From an uncultured Verrucomicrobiae bacterium (GTDB lineage Bacteria > Verrucomicrobiota > Verrucomicrobiia > Opitutales > Opitutaceae), in assembly GCA_963797435.1 (NCBI GenBank), contig CAWCPJ010000001.1, positions 348,962 to 412,961 on the forward strand: 64,000 nt of DNA, given 5' to 3'. Positions 20,683 through 32,777 of the stretch are shown here, in pieces (position 1 is the first letter of the stretch; every line of letters begins with the position of its first letter). The notes under the pieces were generated by a model that saw nothing but the letters and a program-made list of their open reading frames with translations, did not search any database and was not told the DNA's origin. Position numbers and translations under genes: made by a program.

Positions 20683-22230
20683 CTATCGCGCGCTGGAACC
20701 GCGTTCGCCGGATGCACCGACGAGCTTGCGCTGCGCGGTGAACGCGGGACGCACAAGCAGGCTGATCTGATCCTGCAGCGCCTGCATTTCGCGATAGCGT
20801 TTCACGTTCGCCTTGTCGGGCAGGCAGCGAGTGGGCTCGTTCAGCGCGACCGTGCCGGTCGTAAAGTCGGTGATCTTCGCCTTTCGATTTCCCTCACGCA
20901 GCGCGACACACCAGGCGGCCTGGATGGCACCGCCCAAGGCCGCACCTTCGTCCGCCACCATCGCGACGACTGGTACGCCGAAGACGTCGGCCATGATCTG
21001 CCGCCACACCGACGACTTCGCACCGCCGCCCGTGAGCCGGATCTCTTTCGCCTTGACGCCGAGCTCGGCGAGTCGGCGCAGGCCGTAGTTCATGCCCATT
21101 GTCACGCCTTCCATTGCGGCCCGCGCCACGGACCCGGCGGTGAAGTTTCGTAGGTTCAGGCCAAGCAAAACGCCTGAACCGTCAGGCACGTTGGGCGTCC
21201 GTTCGCCGGCCAGGTAGGGCAGCAGCACAAGGCCGCCGGCACCGGCGGGCGCCGCCGCAACCGCCGCGTTCAGGGCGTCGTGATCGTAGCCGAACACCGC
21301 GCGCACCTGCTCGGTGACGGTCGTGACATTCATCGTGCAGAGCAGCGGCATCCAGCCACCGGTCGAGCCGCAGAACGCCGCGATCTCGCCCGCCGGGTCG
21401 ACGACCGGTTTCGTCGCGTGCGCGTAGATCGTGCCACTGGTGCCAAAGCTGGCGGTGACCACGCCGGGGACGACATTGCCGGTGCCAATCGCCCCCATCA
21501 TGTTGTCGCCACCGCCGGCGCTGACGACCACGTCGGGCGAGAGCCCATATTGATGCGCCAGTTCGGATCGCAACGTGCCCGCCGCAACGTGCGACGGCGA
21601 AAGCTCGGGCAGCCAGTCCCGGAGATTCTGGTCGATCGCGTCGATCGCCGCCGCCGACCACGTGCGTTTGCGCACGTCCATCAATGCCGTGCCGGATGCA
21701 TCGCCATACTCCATGCAGTAGTTTCCCGTGAGGTGGAAATTGAGGTAGTCGTGCGGGAGCAACACGTGACGCAGGCGCTTGTAGTTCGCGGGCTCGTGGC
21801 GTTTCAACCACAGGATCTTCGGCGCGGTGAAACCCGGCAGAAACAACAGGCCGGCCTTGCGAATCACCGCCTTGGGTCCGCCGAGCTTCTTCGTGAGGAT
21901 CTCGCACTCCGCGATGGTGCTGGTGTCGCACCACAACTTCGCCGGACGAATCACCTCACCATCGGCGTCGAGCGGCACGAAGCCGTGCTGTTGTCCGGAG
22001 ATGCCGATGCCCCGCACCCGCGCGCGATCGACCTTGGCGGCGACTTCCGCGATCACGAAATCCAGCGCGGTCGTCCAGTCCCGCGGGTGCTGTTCCATGT
22101 GACCGACGGGCAGTCCCTCGATCAATTGATGCGGCGCGCGTGCCTCGGCCACGACGGTGCGCGTATCGAGGTCGAGGACGACGGCCTTGGTGGACTGGGT
22201 GCCGGAATCGATGCCGATGAAGAGGGACAT
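20683..22230 (-). CDS. xylB: FGGY-family carbohydrate kinase, probably xylulokinase
   Basis: N-terminal FIGIDSGTQSTKAVV and the FGGY C-terminal domain; ~515 aa. Confidence 0.75.
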   Translation of the reverse strand: MSLFIGIDSGTQSTKAVVLDLDTRTVVAEARAPHQLIEGLPVGHMEQHPRDWTTALDFVIAEVAAKVDRARVRGIGISGQQHGFVPLDADGEVIRPAKLWCDTSTIAECEILTKKLGGPKAVIRKAGLLFLPGFTAPKILWLKRHEPANYKRLRHVLLPHDYLNFHLTGNYCMEYGDASGTALMDVRKRTWSAAAIDAIDQNLRDWLPELSPSHVAAGTLRSELAHQYGLSPDVVVSAGGGDNMMGAIGTGNVVPGVVTASFGTSGTIYAHATKPVVDPAGEIAAFCGSTGGWMPLLCTMNVTTVTEQVRAVFGYDHDALNAAVAAAPAGAGGLVLLPYLAGERTPNVPDGSGVLLGLNLRNFTAGSVARAAMEGVTMGMNYGLRRLAELGVKAKEIRLTGGGAKSSVWRQIMADVFGVPVVAMVADEGAALGGAIQAAWCVALREGNRKAKITDFTTGTVALNEPTRCLPDKANVKRYREMQALQDQISLLVRPAFTAQRKLVGASGERGSSAR

Positions 22231-22408
22231 GGAAGGAAGGGGAAAGGAGGACGAAACAACAAAGCCGGGCCGGGCCCGGGAGACGAACGGGGACGGTCAT
22301 CGCGCCAAAACCGGCTGGACGGCGCAACTGAATTTGCGCTCCAACGCCGGCGGTTGTTCCGCACGCGACGGGAGGAGCTCCGGCACCGAACGGGAGGGAA
22401 TGGTCGGC

Positions 22409-22441
22409 AACAAAAAACCCGCCGCCGGAATGGCGACGGGC
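22409..22441 (-). terminator. rho-independent terminator downstream of the ydbL-like gene
   Basis: On the minus strand a GC stem (GCCCGUCGCC..GGCGGCGGG, one G:U pair) is followed by UUUUUUGUUG. Confidence 0.5.
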
Positions 22442-22484
22442 AATTGAAGCGCCGGGCGGCGAACCCGGCCACGCGTGGAGACGC

Positions 22485-22859
22485 CTATTTCTGGTACCAC
22501 TTCCCGTCCTCGCCCTGTAGCCAGACCTTGGGCGCGGAACGATCGCGCAGCGTGGTGGCGCGCTGGGCGCCGACGACGGCGGCGGACAAGCCGAGCCGGT
22601 TGGCGAGGATGTTGTAGAGCGCGCGGCGGTCGGTGTTTTCCGCGTTCATCGTCTGCGTCTGCTCGGGCGTCAACTGGCCCCGCTGCTCGAGAAAGCCCAG
22701 GTTGTTTTCACCGACGAGGCCGGCGAGCTTGAGTTGATCGATCTGCGGAACGCGGGCCTTCATGCGCTCCTGGATCGCGGCCTGATCGTCCTGGGCAAAG
22801 GCCGGCGTGGCGAGCGCACCGACAAACACGGCGAACAAGAAGATGTGGATGAGTTTCAT
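22485..22859 (-). CDS. ydbL: YdbL-family periplasmic protein (DUF1318)
   Basis: Signal peptide MKLIHIFLFAVFVGALATPAFA; ~120 aa; last gene of the ydbH-ynbE-ydbL arrangement. Confidence 0.65.
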   Translation of the reverse strand: MKLIHIFLFAVFVGALATPAFAQDDQAAIQERMKARVPQIDQLKLAGLVGENNLGFLEQRGQLTPEQTQTMNAENTDRRALYNILANRLGLSAAVVGAQRATTLRDRSAPKVWLQGEDGKWYQK

Positions 22860-22925
22860 GGCGGGAAACGTAATGGAGCGGGCGGACGACATGCGGCGGT
22901 GAGACGTCATGGAGGCGCGGTTCAT

Positions 22926-23123
22926 TCAATTCACGGTCTTCGAGGCGGCGTCGATGTCGCCGAACGCGTCGGCGAGTTCACGGTCCAGCTTTACCTTGAG
23001 GTTCACATCCAGCGTGATGTGCACGGGATCGATCGTGCTGTGGGTGGTGACGTGCAGGCATCCCGGCGACGCCAGCAGCACGAGGGCGGCGGGGAGCAGC
23101 AAGAGGACGCGTTTCATCGACAT
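22926..23123 (-). CDS. ynbE: YnbE-family small lipoprotein
   Basis: Lipobox LLASPGC after a short signal peptide; ~60 aa; lies between the ydbH-like and ydbL-like genes. Confidence 0.6.
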   Translation of the reverse strand: MSMKRVLLLLPAALVLLASPGCLHVTTHSTIDPVHITLDVNLKVKLDRELADAFGDIDAASKTVN

Positions 23124-23205
23124 GGGGAAAGGGTGAGGCTGGCAACGGGGGCCCGGCAATCCACAAAGGGGCTCCTTCCTCCAAAGTCCACCATCGTCAG
23201 CAACG

Positions 23206-26200
23206 CTACTTCATGACCACATCGAGGATCTTCTCGAGGACCTCCCGCATCGAGCCGTTGATGTGCACGTCGATATCCATCGGGACGTCCGCCCGTCGGG
23301 TGTGGGCGGTGCCGGCAAAGCTGATGTCCACGGGCGTGCCCGGACGATCGCGGCGGAACAGGTCGACGCGGAACTTCCGCAGCTCCAACTGGCGCAGGCC
23401 GTCGTCGACCAGTTCGTACGGCAGCCGGTTCAGTTGTTCGACCAGGGTACGTTTCGGCAGGCCGGCGGCAAAGAAACCGGCGGTGTCGAAACTGAACCTC
23501 GCGGGATGGTTTTCCTCCAGTTCGAGATAACCCTCGCCGATGATCGGCCGCCCGGCGAGCAGACCGACCGGGAGACGACCCTGCAGGCGCCCGGTCAGGT
23601 CGCCGTCGAAAATCTGAAAGGTCCGGACCAACTCGTTCGCGTCGAGATCGTGCATTCGCAGGTCGAGGGCCACATCCGGATCCGGAAAGTAGAGCGAGAA
23701 TGGTTCCGCGGTGAGTTCGCCGTCGAAGATGCCCATGCGCACGCTCTCGATGTGGATCACCGCCGGACCGTCGGTGCGAAAGCGCGCTTCCACGTCATGC
23801 GCGACGATGTCTCCAAACTGCAGCCGCGCGAGCGCCACCCGCTGGCTGGGTTTCGTGCGGAGCGCGCGCAAGGACGGAACCGAGACGTCGGCCGACAAAC
23901 CGTCGCCACGCACTTTCTGGGGCGGATCGTTCACGATGCCATCCGTAAGCTGGACCCGGGCCGAGCCGTCCCAACCGTCTTCACCACCATAGTGCATCGC
24001 GGCGTGCGCCGCCACCGTGCCACTAAAGACAACGCCGCGCAGGGCAGGCATCCAACGAGTCACGACATCCGAATTCGTGAACGTGAAGGGATTCAGGACG
24101 AACGTGCCCTCCCCTTGCACCGCCTGCTTGTCCCAGTCGAAGGTCGCATGTTGGCGCACCGCGAGGTCCAGTGGCGCACCCTCGAGCAACGCCTTGATCT
24201 CCCCGGTCACATCCTGCGCTTCCATGTCGCCGGCGAAATCGAGCGCCACCGCCGGCTGTTCGATCGTCTCGGGGCCGGCGCGCACGATTCCCGCATTCGC
24301 CGACAAGGAGCCCGCCACTGGCGGTCCACCGTCGGGCGCGACCGGTTTCGTGAACTTCGCCGCGAACCATTCCGCGCGGCCCTGTCCTGGAAACGCGATC
24401 GCGTTGGCCGAAACCGAGACGTCCACGCCGACCTTCGGGACAAGGTCCTGCGCCAGCGCGCGCGCATCCGTGGACGCGAGCCACTGCCGCAGTTGTGCAG
24501 TGGAAAACGTGCCCGAATCCAACGCTGCGTTCCCCGCGAGTTCGGTCAGGGTGACGCCAGCGAACGTCCCGTTGATGCCGCCGACCGCAAGCGTACCGCC
24601 GGCCTTCCAGGTGTTCGTTCCTGCCGGTTGACGCAGCGCAAGCGCAAGGTCCGCGGTCATGGCCGAACGCGCGATCGCCGCCTTCAGGGTGAGCGCGAAG
24701 CCGTCATCCGTGGATTGTTCATCGGCGAGCGCCGCCAGCGTCGCGTAGCTCGTCTTCGGCAACTCCAGGCCGATCGTGGCGGCATTTACCGCCAGCTTTT
24801 GCAGCGCTGGTGGCAGCGCGATCGCGTCGAGGTTAAGACCGCCCGCGAGCGACGCGCCAGTCGTATCTGCGAGCATGGTCAGCTCCAGACCCGGCGTGGC
24901 GGCATAGACGTCTTCACCCGCGGTCACGCGAACGCGCGGCACGAGTGAACGGGCGACGATCGTCGCGGTCGTTCCGGTGTCTCCCGATGTCGCGTGAACG
25001 TCCACTCTTACCACGGGCCCCGGCAGGGCTGGCTCGGTGAGTTTCCAGCTTGCCGGAAGCAGGCGCGTCGCGTTCGCGTCCGCCGTGACCTCGCACGAGC
25101 CCTCGACCGCACGCGTGGCATCAAGCGGGTTGCTCACGGTCGCGCGAACCGCGGTGACCGCAATCGGGACGTTCTCGCGCAGCAAACGCAGCTCCGGCAC
25201 TGTGACCACGAGCCGATCGCTCCAACCGGAAACACCCATGGTGATCGGCGCCAGCGGACCGGCCGACGTTTCAAGTCCGTCCAGGGCCACGGCGAGTTCG
25301 CCATGGGCAGGACCGCCGAGCTGCGGAACGCCCGCCTCCAGATGGACCGCGGCCCGCCCGCGTGCTTTGTCTCCATAGGCAAAGGCAGCGGGTTCGCCAA
25401 TTCCACCCTTGATCTTGCCGTCCGCCGTTTCGAGCCGCACGTGCGCGGGTTCGAGTCGCCAGGTTTCGGGTGCGCCCGAACCACGGACCGTCGCGGCAAC
25501 CGAACCGGCCGGCCGGGCATCCGCCTTCTGGCTCAGCGCAATATCGAGGTCATCAAGTGCCACGCTGTTTGCCCCCAGCGAAGCACGCAGGCGGGGCGCG
25601 CGGACCCGACCGGAAAAGTCGACGGGAATCCCGCCACGCAGCGTGGTCGTGCCGCTCATGGCCACGCGCTCCGAGGTTATCACCGCGTCGCGCGGCAACT
25701 CGAAAAGCCCAAGCTGCCGCGCCACGGCCAGCACGAATCCCGGCTCCACGTCGAGCTGGTGCAGCGTGACTTCGCCGTCCATTGTCTCGGTGCGCACCAC
25801 GCCGCTGGCGTGCAGTTCCTCGTCAACGTTCTCCGAGTGCACATCGAAGGCGATCCGTCCGTCCGCCTGTCGCGATGCGGTCGCCGAGATGTTGATCGTG
25901 CGTGTGCCGCCGGGCAGCACGAGGATCAGGCGGCCATGTTCCAGGTGAAGTTCATCGACCGGCCAGACGAGTTCCCCGCCGCCGCCGAAATGCGCCTCCA
26001 AGTCCGTCACCGCGTCGGGCAACACGCCGCGCCGGGGTTGGGTGAAGTCGAGTTTCACCGTGAGCCCGTCGATCGCGACGCGCGAGACGCGGCCACCGAG
26101 CAGCCCGCTCACTGCATAGTCGGCGGCACCCTGATCCAGCGTCACTTCGAGTCCGCCCATCCGCAGCAGCATTCCCGTCGCCCGCAGGCCCTCGAGGTCG

Positions 26201-26397
26201 GCCCGATCAACCGCGATCCCGGCCTGTTCGAAACCAAGGGACGCGGCACCACGCTCGAACCCCTTCCGGACAATCAGCGGCAATAGCCACCACGCCACGA
26301 GCGCGATGATCGTGCACAACGCGGCCACGCTCGCGCAGGCGAGCGCGAGGCGCCTGGTCCAGCGACGCACACGAGGGTTTCCGGCCATCAGCGACAC
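23206..26397 (-). CDS. ydbH: YdbH-like AsmA-family intermembrane lipid-transport protein
   Basis: 1063 aa; N-terminal TM anchor; long beta-rich body; synteny with the ynbE/ydbL homologs as in the E. coli ydbH-ynbE-ydbL operon. Confidence 0.65.
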   Translation of the reverse strand: MSLMAGNPRVRRWTRRLALACASVAALCTIIALVAWWLLPLIVRKGFERGAASLGFEQAGIAVDRADLEGLRATGMLLRMGGLEVTLDQGAADYAVSGLLGGRVSRVAIDGLTVKLDFTQPRRGVLPDAVTDLEAHFGGGGELVWPVDELHLEHGRLILVLPGGTRTINISATASRQADGRIAFDVHSENVDEELHASGVVRTETMDGEVTLHQLDVEPGFVLAVARQLGLFELPRDAVITSERVAMSGTTTLRGGIPVDFSGRVRAPRLRASLGANSVALDDLDIALSQKADARPAGSVAATVRGSGAPETWRLEPAHVRLETADGKIKGGIGEPAAFAYGDKARGRAAVHLEAGVPQLGGPAHGELAVALDGLETSAGPLAPITMGVSGWSDRLVVTVPELRLLRENVPIAVTAVRATVSNPLDATRAVEGSCEVTADANATRLLPASWKLTEPALPGPVVRVDVHATSGDTGTTATIVARSLVPRVRVTAGEDVYAATPGLELTMLADTTGASLAGGLNLDAIALPPALQKLAVNAATIGLELPKTSYATLAALADEQSTDDGFALTLKAAIARSAMTADLALALRQPAGTNTWKAGGTLAVGGINGTFAGVTLTELAGNAALDSGTFSTAQLRQWLASTDARALAQDLVPKVGVDVSVSANAIAFPGQGRAEWFAAKFTKPVAPDGGPPVAGSLSANAGIVRAGPETIEQPAVALDFAGDMEAQDVTGEIKALLEGAPLDLAVRQHATFDWDKQAVQGEGTFVLNPFTFTNSDVVTRWMPALRGVVFSGTVAAHAAMHYGGEDGWDGSARVQLTDGIVNDPPQKVRGDGLSADVSVPSLRALRTKPSQRVALARLQFGDIVAHDVEARFRTDGPAVIHIESVRMGIFDGELTAEPFSLYFPDPDVALDLRMHDLDANELVRTFQIFDGDLTGRLQGRLPVGLLAGRPIIGEGYLELEENHPARFSFDTAGFFAAGLPKRTLVEQLNRLPYELVDDGLRQLELRKFRVDLFRRDRPGTPVDISFAGTAHTRRADVPMDIDVHINGSMREVLEKILDVVMK

Positions 26398-26432
26398 CTT
26401 CTTCCCGCGAACTCCGGAGAACGACGACTCAA

Positions 26433-27350
26433 ATGCGCACCGGCAGTTCCGTCGGAAAAGTCGTGCAGCGAATCGCCCCGGCGGACTTCATGCCCTACCG
26501 ACTGCCGCCGCGCATGTTGCCCGACGTTTCGTTCATCATTCCTGTCTACAACCGGCTCGACCTCACCCGCGCGATCGTCGACGGGTTGGGCGCGACGGTG
26601 CCGGGAGCCACCTGGGAGGCGATCGTGGTCGACGATGCCAGCACGGACGGCACCGCGGAGTTTCTGGCCACGTTGCCGGCGCCGTTTCGGGCCGTGCGTT
26701 TGACGGAGAACGGCGGTTTTGCGCGGGCGGCCAACGCGGGGGCCGCCGTCGCGACCGGCGGTGTGCTCGGTTTTCTGAACAACGACCTCGGCCTGCGCGC
26801 GGGCTGGTATGAACCCATGCGCCGCCTGCTCGATCGGGCACCCGCGGCGGGCGCGGTCGGCAATATCCAGATGAATCCCACCACCGGACTCGTGGACCAC
26901 GCCGGGATCTTTTTCGATCCGGAGGGCCTGCCGACGCAGGCGCACAAGAACCGCAAGCGCCCGCCTCGCGGCCCCTGGCGGGAACGCAACGCCGCCACCG
27001 CCGCCTGCCTGCTCGTGCGGCGCACTGCGTTCGAACAGGTGGGCGGTTTCTGCGAGGAATACCGGAACGGCATGGAGGACGTCGACCTGTGCGTGCGCCT
27101 GCGGCTCGCCGGACATCGCATCTACGTCAGTCACGAGAGCATCGTCGCCCACGACCCCGGGCGTTCGCCGGGCCGGCACGATCACGACGATGCCAACACG
27201 GTGATCTTTCGCCGGCGCTGCGCCGCGCAGGCCGCACCGTGGGGACGAGTGGAGTGGCCACGCGAATACTTCCGGCGCTACGCGCGCCACTGGTGGCGGA
27301 TCAACCCGGCGAAGGCGTGGCGGGCGTTCCGCATGCGGTGGGGATGGTAG
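26433..27350 (+). CDS. family-2 glycosyltransferase
   Basis: GT2 motifs VSFIIPVYNR, VVDDASTDGT, DxD-like region (GFLNNDL). The true start may be an internal Met at about 26490-26514. Confidence 0.75.
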   Translation: MRTGSSVGKVVQRIAPADFMPYRLPPRMLPDVSFIIPVYNRLDLTRAIVDGLGATVPGATWEAIVVDDASTDGTAEFLATLPAPFRAVRLTENGGFARAANAGAAVATGGVLGFLNNDLGLRAGWYEPMRRLLDRAPAAGAVGNIQMNPTTGLVDHAGIFFDPEGLPTQAHKNRKRPPRGPWRERNAATAACLLVRRTAFEQVGGFCEEYRNGMEDVDLCVRLRLAGHRIYVSHESIVAHDPGRSPGRHDHDDANTVIFRRRCAAQAAPWGRVEWPREYFRRYARHWWRINPAKAWRAFRMRWGW

Positions 27351-27599
27351 AGCGTGTCATGCGGTTTGGGGATCAAACACGTCTCACCACCTTGCGCGTG
27401 GTCCCGGACTGCCGTGCAGCACGTCGTGCAGTGGCCGCGACGCCGAAGGAACCGCGGCCGCCGATCTCCTCCAAGGAGAGAGCTGATCCGTTCCCCCTGG
27501 AGACCCGGCGCGGAGGCGAGCTCCGGCCCGACGCACCAGACCCGCTCGGCTTTGGGCGTTGATCCCGGGCCGTTCCGCGCGAAGCGCGGTTCGGCGCGG

Positions 27600-29313
27600 C
27601 TACATGTCCGGCGGGACGGTGCAGAAGGCTTCTTCCATCGTCGTGATGCCTTCGCGCACTTTCAACATGCTGTCCTGGTGCAGTGTCTTCATGCCATCAT
27701 GCACCGCGATCCGCTTCAGTTCGGCGCTTTCCCGCTCGCGATTGATCGCCTCGATCAAGTCTTCGGAAATCGTCATCAGTTCGTGGATGCCCACCCGGCC
27801 CTTGAAACCGGTGTTGTTGCAGCGCGCGCAGCCTTTCGGATTGGCCTTGTAGATCTGTCCGGACCAGCCGATCGCCTTCTCGAGGATCTCCTTTTCCCGG
27901 CCTTCGGGCTCGTAAGCCCGCCGGCAGACCTTGCACACCCGGCGCATCAGACGCTGGGCGCAAACGCACAACAAAGACGAGCTGATCATGAATGGCTCGA
28001 TGCCCATGTCCGTGAGGCGCGCGATGGTGCTCGGCGCATCATTGGTGTGCAGCGTGGACAACAGCAAGTGTCCGGTGAGCGCGGCCTCGACCGCGATGTT
28101 CGCGGTTTCCTTGTCGCGGATTTCGCCCACGAGAATGATGTCGGGGTCCTGCCGCAGGAAGGCGCGCAACGCACTGGCAAACGTCAGCCCGATCAGGCGG
28201 TTCATCTGCATCTGGTTGATCCCGGGCAGCGTGTATTCAATCGGATCCTCCGCGGTGCGGATGCAAAGATCGGGCGCGTTGATTTCATTCGAGCGCGGAA
28301 TAGAGCGTCATCGACTTGCCGGAACCGGTCGGCCCGCAGTGCAGGATCATGCCGTAGGGCTGGCGGATGACTTCACGATACTTGCGGAGATTACCGTCGG
28401 AGAAGCCCAGCGCCGTCAACGGCAGCGTGGACTTCTGCTTGTCGAGCAGACGCATGACCATGCCCTCGCCGTGATTGAGCGGTGCGGTGGAACAGCGCAG
28501 GTCGACGTCGATGTTCTTCTTCGTGAAATTCTTGAAGATGATACGGCCGTCCTGGGGCAGGCGCCGTTCCGCGATGTCGAGGTCCGCCATGATCTTCAGG
28601 CGCGCGACCAGCGCGGGCGAGACCCGCGCGGGAAGCTTGAGCTTGGTCTGGCAGAGACCATCGACGCGGTAACGAATGGTCAGTTCCTTCTCGCCGGGCT
28701 CGATGTGAATATCGCTCGCCCCGACGACATAGGCGTCCTCGACGATCTGGTTGGCGAGCTGGATGATCGGGGCCGACTCCTCGCTGTCCATGTCGTCGGC
28801 GGAAAGGTCGTCCGACGAATCCTTGAATTCGGAACCGACGGCGTCCACCACCTCCTGGAAACGCTCGTCGTTTTTGGCCGACCCCGCATTGAGCTTGTCG
28901 CGGATTTCCTTCTCCCGCGCGAGCAGCGGAATCACACGCTTGCCCGTGAGATCCTGAATCGAGCTCGAGACCGTGAGCTGGAACGGATTGGCAAAGGCGA
29001 CGACGACGTATTCGCCGATCGTGCTCACGGGCAGCACGAGGTGCTGCGTACAGAATTCAATACTGACCTTCTCGAACGTGCCCTTGTGCACGCGGACGCG
29101 CGAGGCATTGAACGGCGACATGCCAAAGGCGCGCGCTTTGGCAATCAACAGGTATTGGCTCTGGATCTGGTATTCGTCGCGCAGGAGCTGTTCGAGCGCG
29201 TCGCCGGTGAGTTCCTTCGGCGCGGTGACGATCGCGGTTTGTTGCTCGCTGGTGAGGCGGCCGAGCTTGACGAGATGGTCGACGATGGCGGTCTGCAGAC
29301 GTCCGAGCGGCAT
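27600..29313 (-). pseudogene. gspE: GspE/PilB-family type II secretion / type IV pilus ATPase interrupted by a 1-nt insertion at about 28283
   Basis: ORF 28285-29565 ends ..[16 protein letters not shown] then stop. The next frame continues [29 protein letters not shown] (ORF 27600-28211), which is the contiguous GspE sequence. DNA reads CTCGAATGAAATC where CTCGAAGAAATC is expected. Start assigned to the ATG at 29311-29313. Confidence 0.75.
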
Positions 29314-29432
29314 GGCAGAAAAAGGGCTGAGGGACCAATGGGGTTTACGGCGTGCGGATCGGTGGCGGCGAAGGTGACATTCCGGGCCCGGGATGCGTTT
29401 TGACGGCTGCCGTCTGATCTCCGACCCGGGCG

Positions 29433-29957
29433 TTACGCGGCGCCGGCGGGCATGGCAACGCCGGCGTGCATCGCGCGCTCGAGTTGCAGCTTCTCGAGGA
29501 AGTCGCGAATCGACTCCATCGTGGAGCCGAACCAGATGATCGAGCCGCCGAGCTGCTTTTCCCAATACTGCCGCACGGCCGGGCTCAGGTAGTAGGCGGA
29601 CGCGATAAAGTGCACGTCCTCATCCCGGTCGAACGGCACCGACCAGGTGGCCCGGCAGGGGCCGGTTCGCAGGTGCAGCTTCAGGTCGTCGTTGAAATCG
29701 ATGTCGCGCACGTCGATCAGGCCGATCTGCACGTCGTCGACCAAGTATTCGAGCATCGCCTCCTCGCTGAAGGCCCGGGTCTCGTTGAGGAGCACGCTGA
29801 GCAGCGACGCGTCGAGTTCCGGCGCGGTATCGAGCACCTGCAGGAACCGCTCCGTCGCATCGTTGAGCTGTTCGACGGTGATGAGGTTGCGTTCGACCAG
29901 CGCAGCGCCGAGCAGGCGGTTGCTGCGCATGATGATCGGGCGGAAGGATTCAGACAT
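29433..29957 (-). CDS. standalone GspE N-terminal (T2SSE_N-like) domain protein
   Basis: ~175 aa resembling the N1 domain of GspE/PilB (LITVEQLNDATERF...). Sits between obg and the gspE ATPase gene. Confidence 0.45.
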   Translation of the reverse strand: MSESFRPIIMRSNRLLGAALVERNLITVEQLNDATERFLQVLDTAPELDASLLSVLLNETRAFSEEAMLEYLVDDVQIGLIDVRDIDFNDDLKLHLRTGPCRATWSVPFDRDEDVHFIASAYYLSPAVRQYWEKQLGGSIIWFGSTMESIRDFLEKLQLERAMHAGVAMPAGAA

Positions 29958-29996
29958 GGTCGGCAAGGGATCGCCGCGAGGGCGATCCGCCCGACC

Positions 29997-31121
<1,125 letters not shown>

Positions 31122-31250
31122 TCAGCACCGACGGCGGTGGCGTGGTGCTGCCGCCCGCGCTTGAGCCACGCGGCGAGGTCTTCCGAGTCCGGTTGACGCA
31201 TCGGCCCGCCGTGGGGACGTACGCCGGCCATTCCCCTGTGGCGGACGCGT

Positions 31251-32750
31251 CTACTTTCCGTCGGTCTTCGACTTCGGCAGGGGTGGAATCCGGTCCTCGG
31301 CCGGCGCGTCGCCTTCACCAATTGCTTCCCCGGCGAACGTCGGCATCTTGATGCCGACGTTCCGGGTGAGTTCATGCAACGGCGGCAGCGCGCCAACCAG
31401 GCCGGAAACAAAATCCGCCGTGGAGTTCCTGCCGTTGGCGTTCTTGCCGGTGTCCCAGACCGTGACCTTGTCGATCTTGAGATTGGAGATCGCCTCCGCC
31501 TGTTCGCGCACCAGCGCGGGCATCTGTTCCGTGACCAGCAGGTGGCGCGCCGCCTCGGGACCCCCGCAGGTCTCGATCAGGTTGCGGAAGCCCTCCGCCT
31601 TCTTCTTGAGCAGCGCCTCGGTACCCTCGGCTTCGGCGAGCAACTTCAGGCGGATGCCGTCCGCCTCGGCCGTCAGCTTGGCCCGCATGCCCTCGGCTTC
31701 GGCGAGCTGCACGAGCTTGATGCCGTCGGCATCGGCCTGCTTGCGCAGGCGCACGCCGTCCGCCTCGCCCGTCTGGGTGCGACGGATACGCTCGGCCTCG
31801 GCGTCGGACTCGACCACCAGCCGTGACTTTGCGATCTCCGCGGGCACGACGACGTTCGCATACTGCGTCGCCTTGTCGCGCTCGGCACGCTGCTTTTCCG
31901 CCTGTTCTTCCTGCGCGTAGGCGGCCTCGAGGGCCTTGGCCTGCGCCACCTTTTCGGCGGCGGAGGCGCGCCGCTCGGCGTCCGCCTTCTGTTCGCGCAG
32001 CGAGGAGTTGGAATTCGCCACGTCAACGCCCGCGAGATTCTCGCCCTTGGTCGCCTCGGCGTTGGCGTTCGCCACGCGCACACGCTGGTCGCGCTGTGCC
32101 TCCGAGGATCCGATCTGGCCGTCACGGTCGGCCAGCGCGACCTTGATCTTCGCCTCGTTGATCGCCTTCGACGCGGCTTCGCGGCCGAGCGCATCGATGT
32201 AGCCCGAGCTGTCGGTGATGTCCTGGACGTTGACGTTGATCAGGCGCAACCCGACCTTCTTCAACTCGACTTCCACGCCGGTGGAGATGTTCGCGATCAA
32301 CTTGTCGCGATCGGCGTTGATCTCCTCGATGTTCATCGTGGCGATCACGACGCGCATCTGGCCGAAGATGATGTCGCGCGACAGTTCCCGGATCTCGTTC
32401 AGATTTTGCCCGAGCAGACGCTCGGCGGCGTTCTCCATGATGCCGGGCTCGGTCGAGATCCCGACCATGAACGTCGAGGGCGTGTTGACGCGGATGTTCT
32501 GCTTGGAGAGGGCGCCCTCGAGTTTGATCTCGATCGGGATCGGGGTGAGATCCAGGTACTGGTAATCCTGGATGACGGGCCACACGAACGCCGCGCCGCC
32601 GTGCAGGCACTTGGCGGACTTGCCTCCGCCGACCTTGCCGTAAACGACCAGGATCTTGTCCGACGGGCAGCGGCGGTAACGCGACGCAACCCAGATCAGA
32701 AAGGTGAAGACGACAAATGCGCCGATGCCGACGATAATCAGGAGTTCCAT
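31251..32750 (-). CDS. flotillin-like SPFH/band-7 protein
   Basis: N-terminal TM + SPFH domain, then a long Ala/Glu-rich coiled coil (flotillin repeats); ~499 aa. Confidence 0.8.
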   Translation of the reverse strand: MELLIIVGIGAFVVFTFLIWVASRYRRCPSDKILVVYGKVGGGKSAKCLHGGAAFVWPVIQDYQYLDLTPIPIEIKLEGALSKQNIRVNTPSTFMVGISTEPGIMENAAERLLGQNLNEIRELSRDIIFGQMRVVIATMNIEEINADRDKLIANISTGVEVELKKVGLRLINVNVQDITDSSGYIDALGREAASKAINEAKIKVALADRDGQIGSSEAQRDQRVRVANANAEATKGENLAGVDVANSNSSLREQKADAERRASAAEKVAQAKALEAAYAQEEQAEKQRAERDKATQYANVVVPAEIAKSRLVVESDAEAERIRRTQTGEADGVRLRKQADADGIKLVQLAEAEGMRAKLTAEADGIRLKLLAEAEGTEALLKKKAEGFRNLIETCGGPEAARHLLVTEQMPALVREQAEAISNLKIDKVTVWDTGKNANGRNSTADFVSGLVGALPPLHELTRNVGIKMPTFAGEAIGEGDAPAEDRIPPLPKSKTDGK

Positions 32751-32777
32751 GGGATGATGGGGGTGGGAAAGGGAAAC

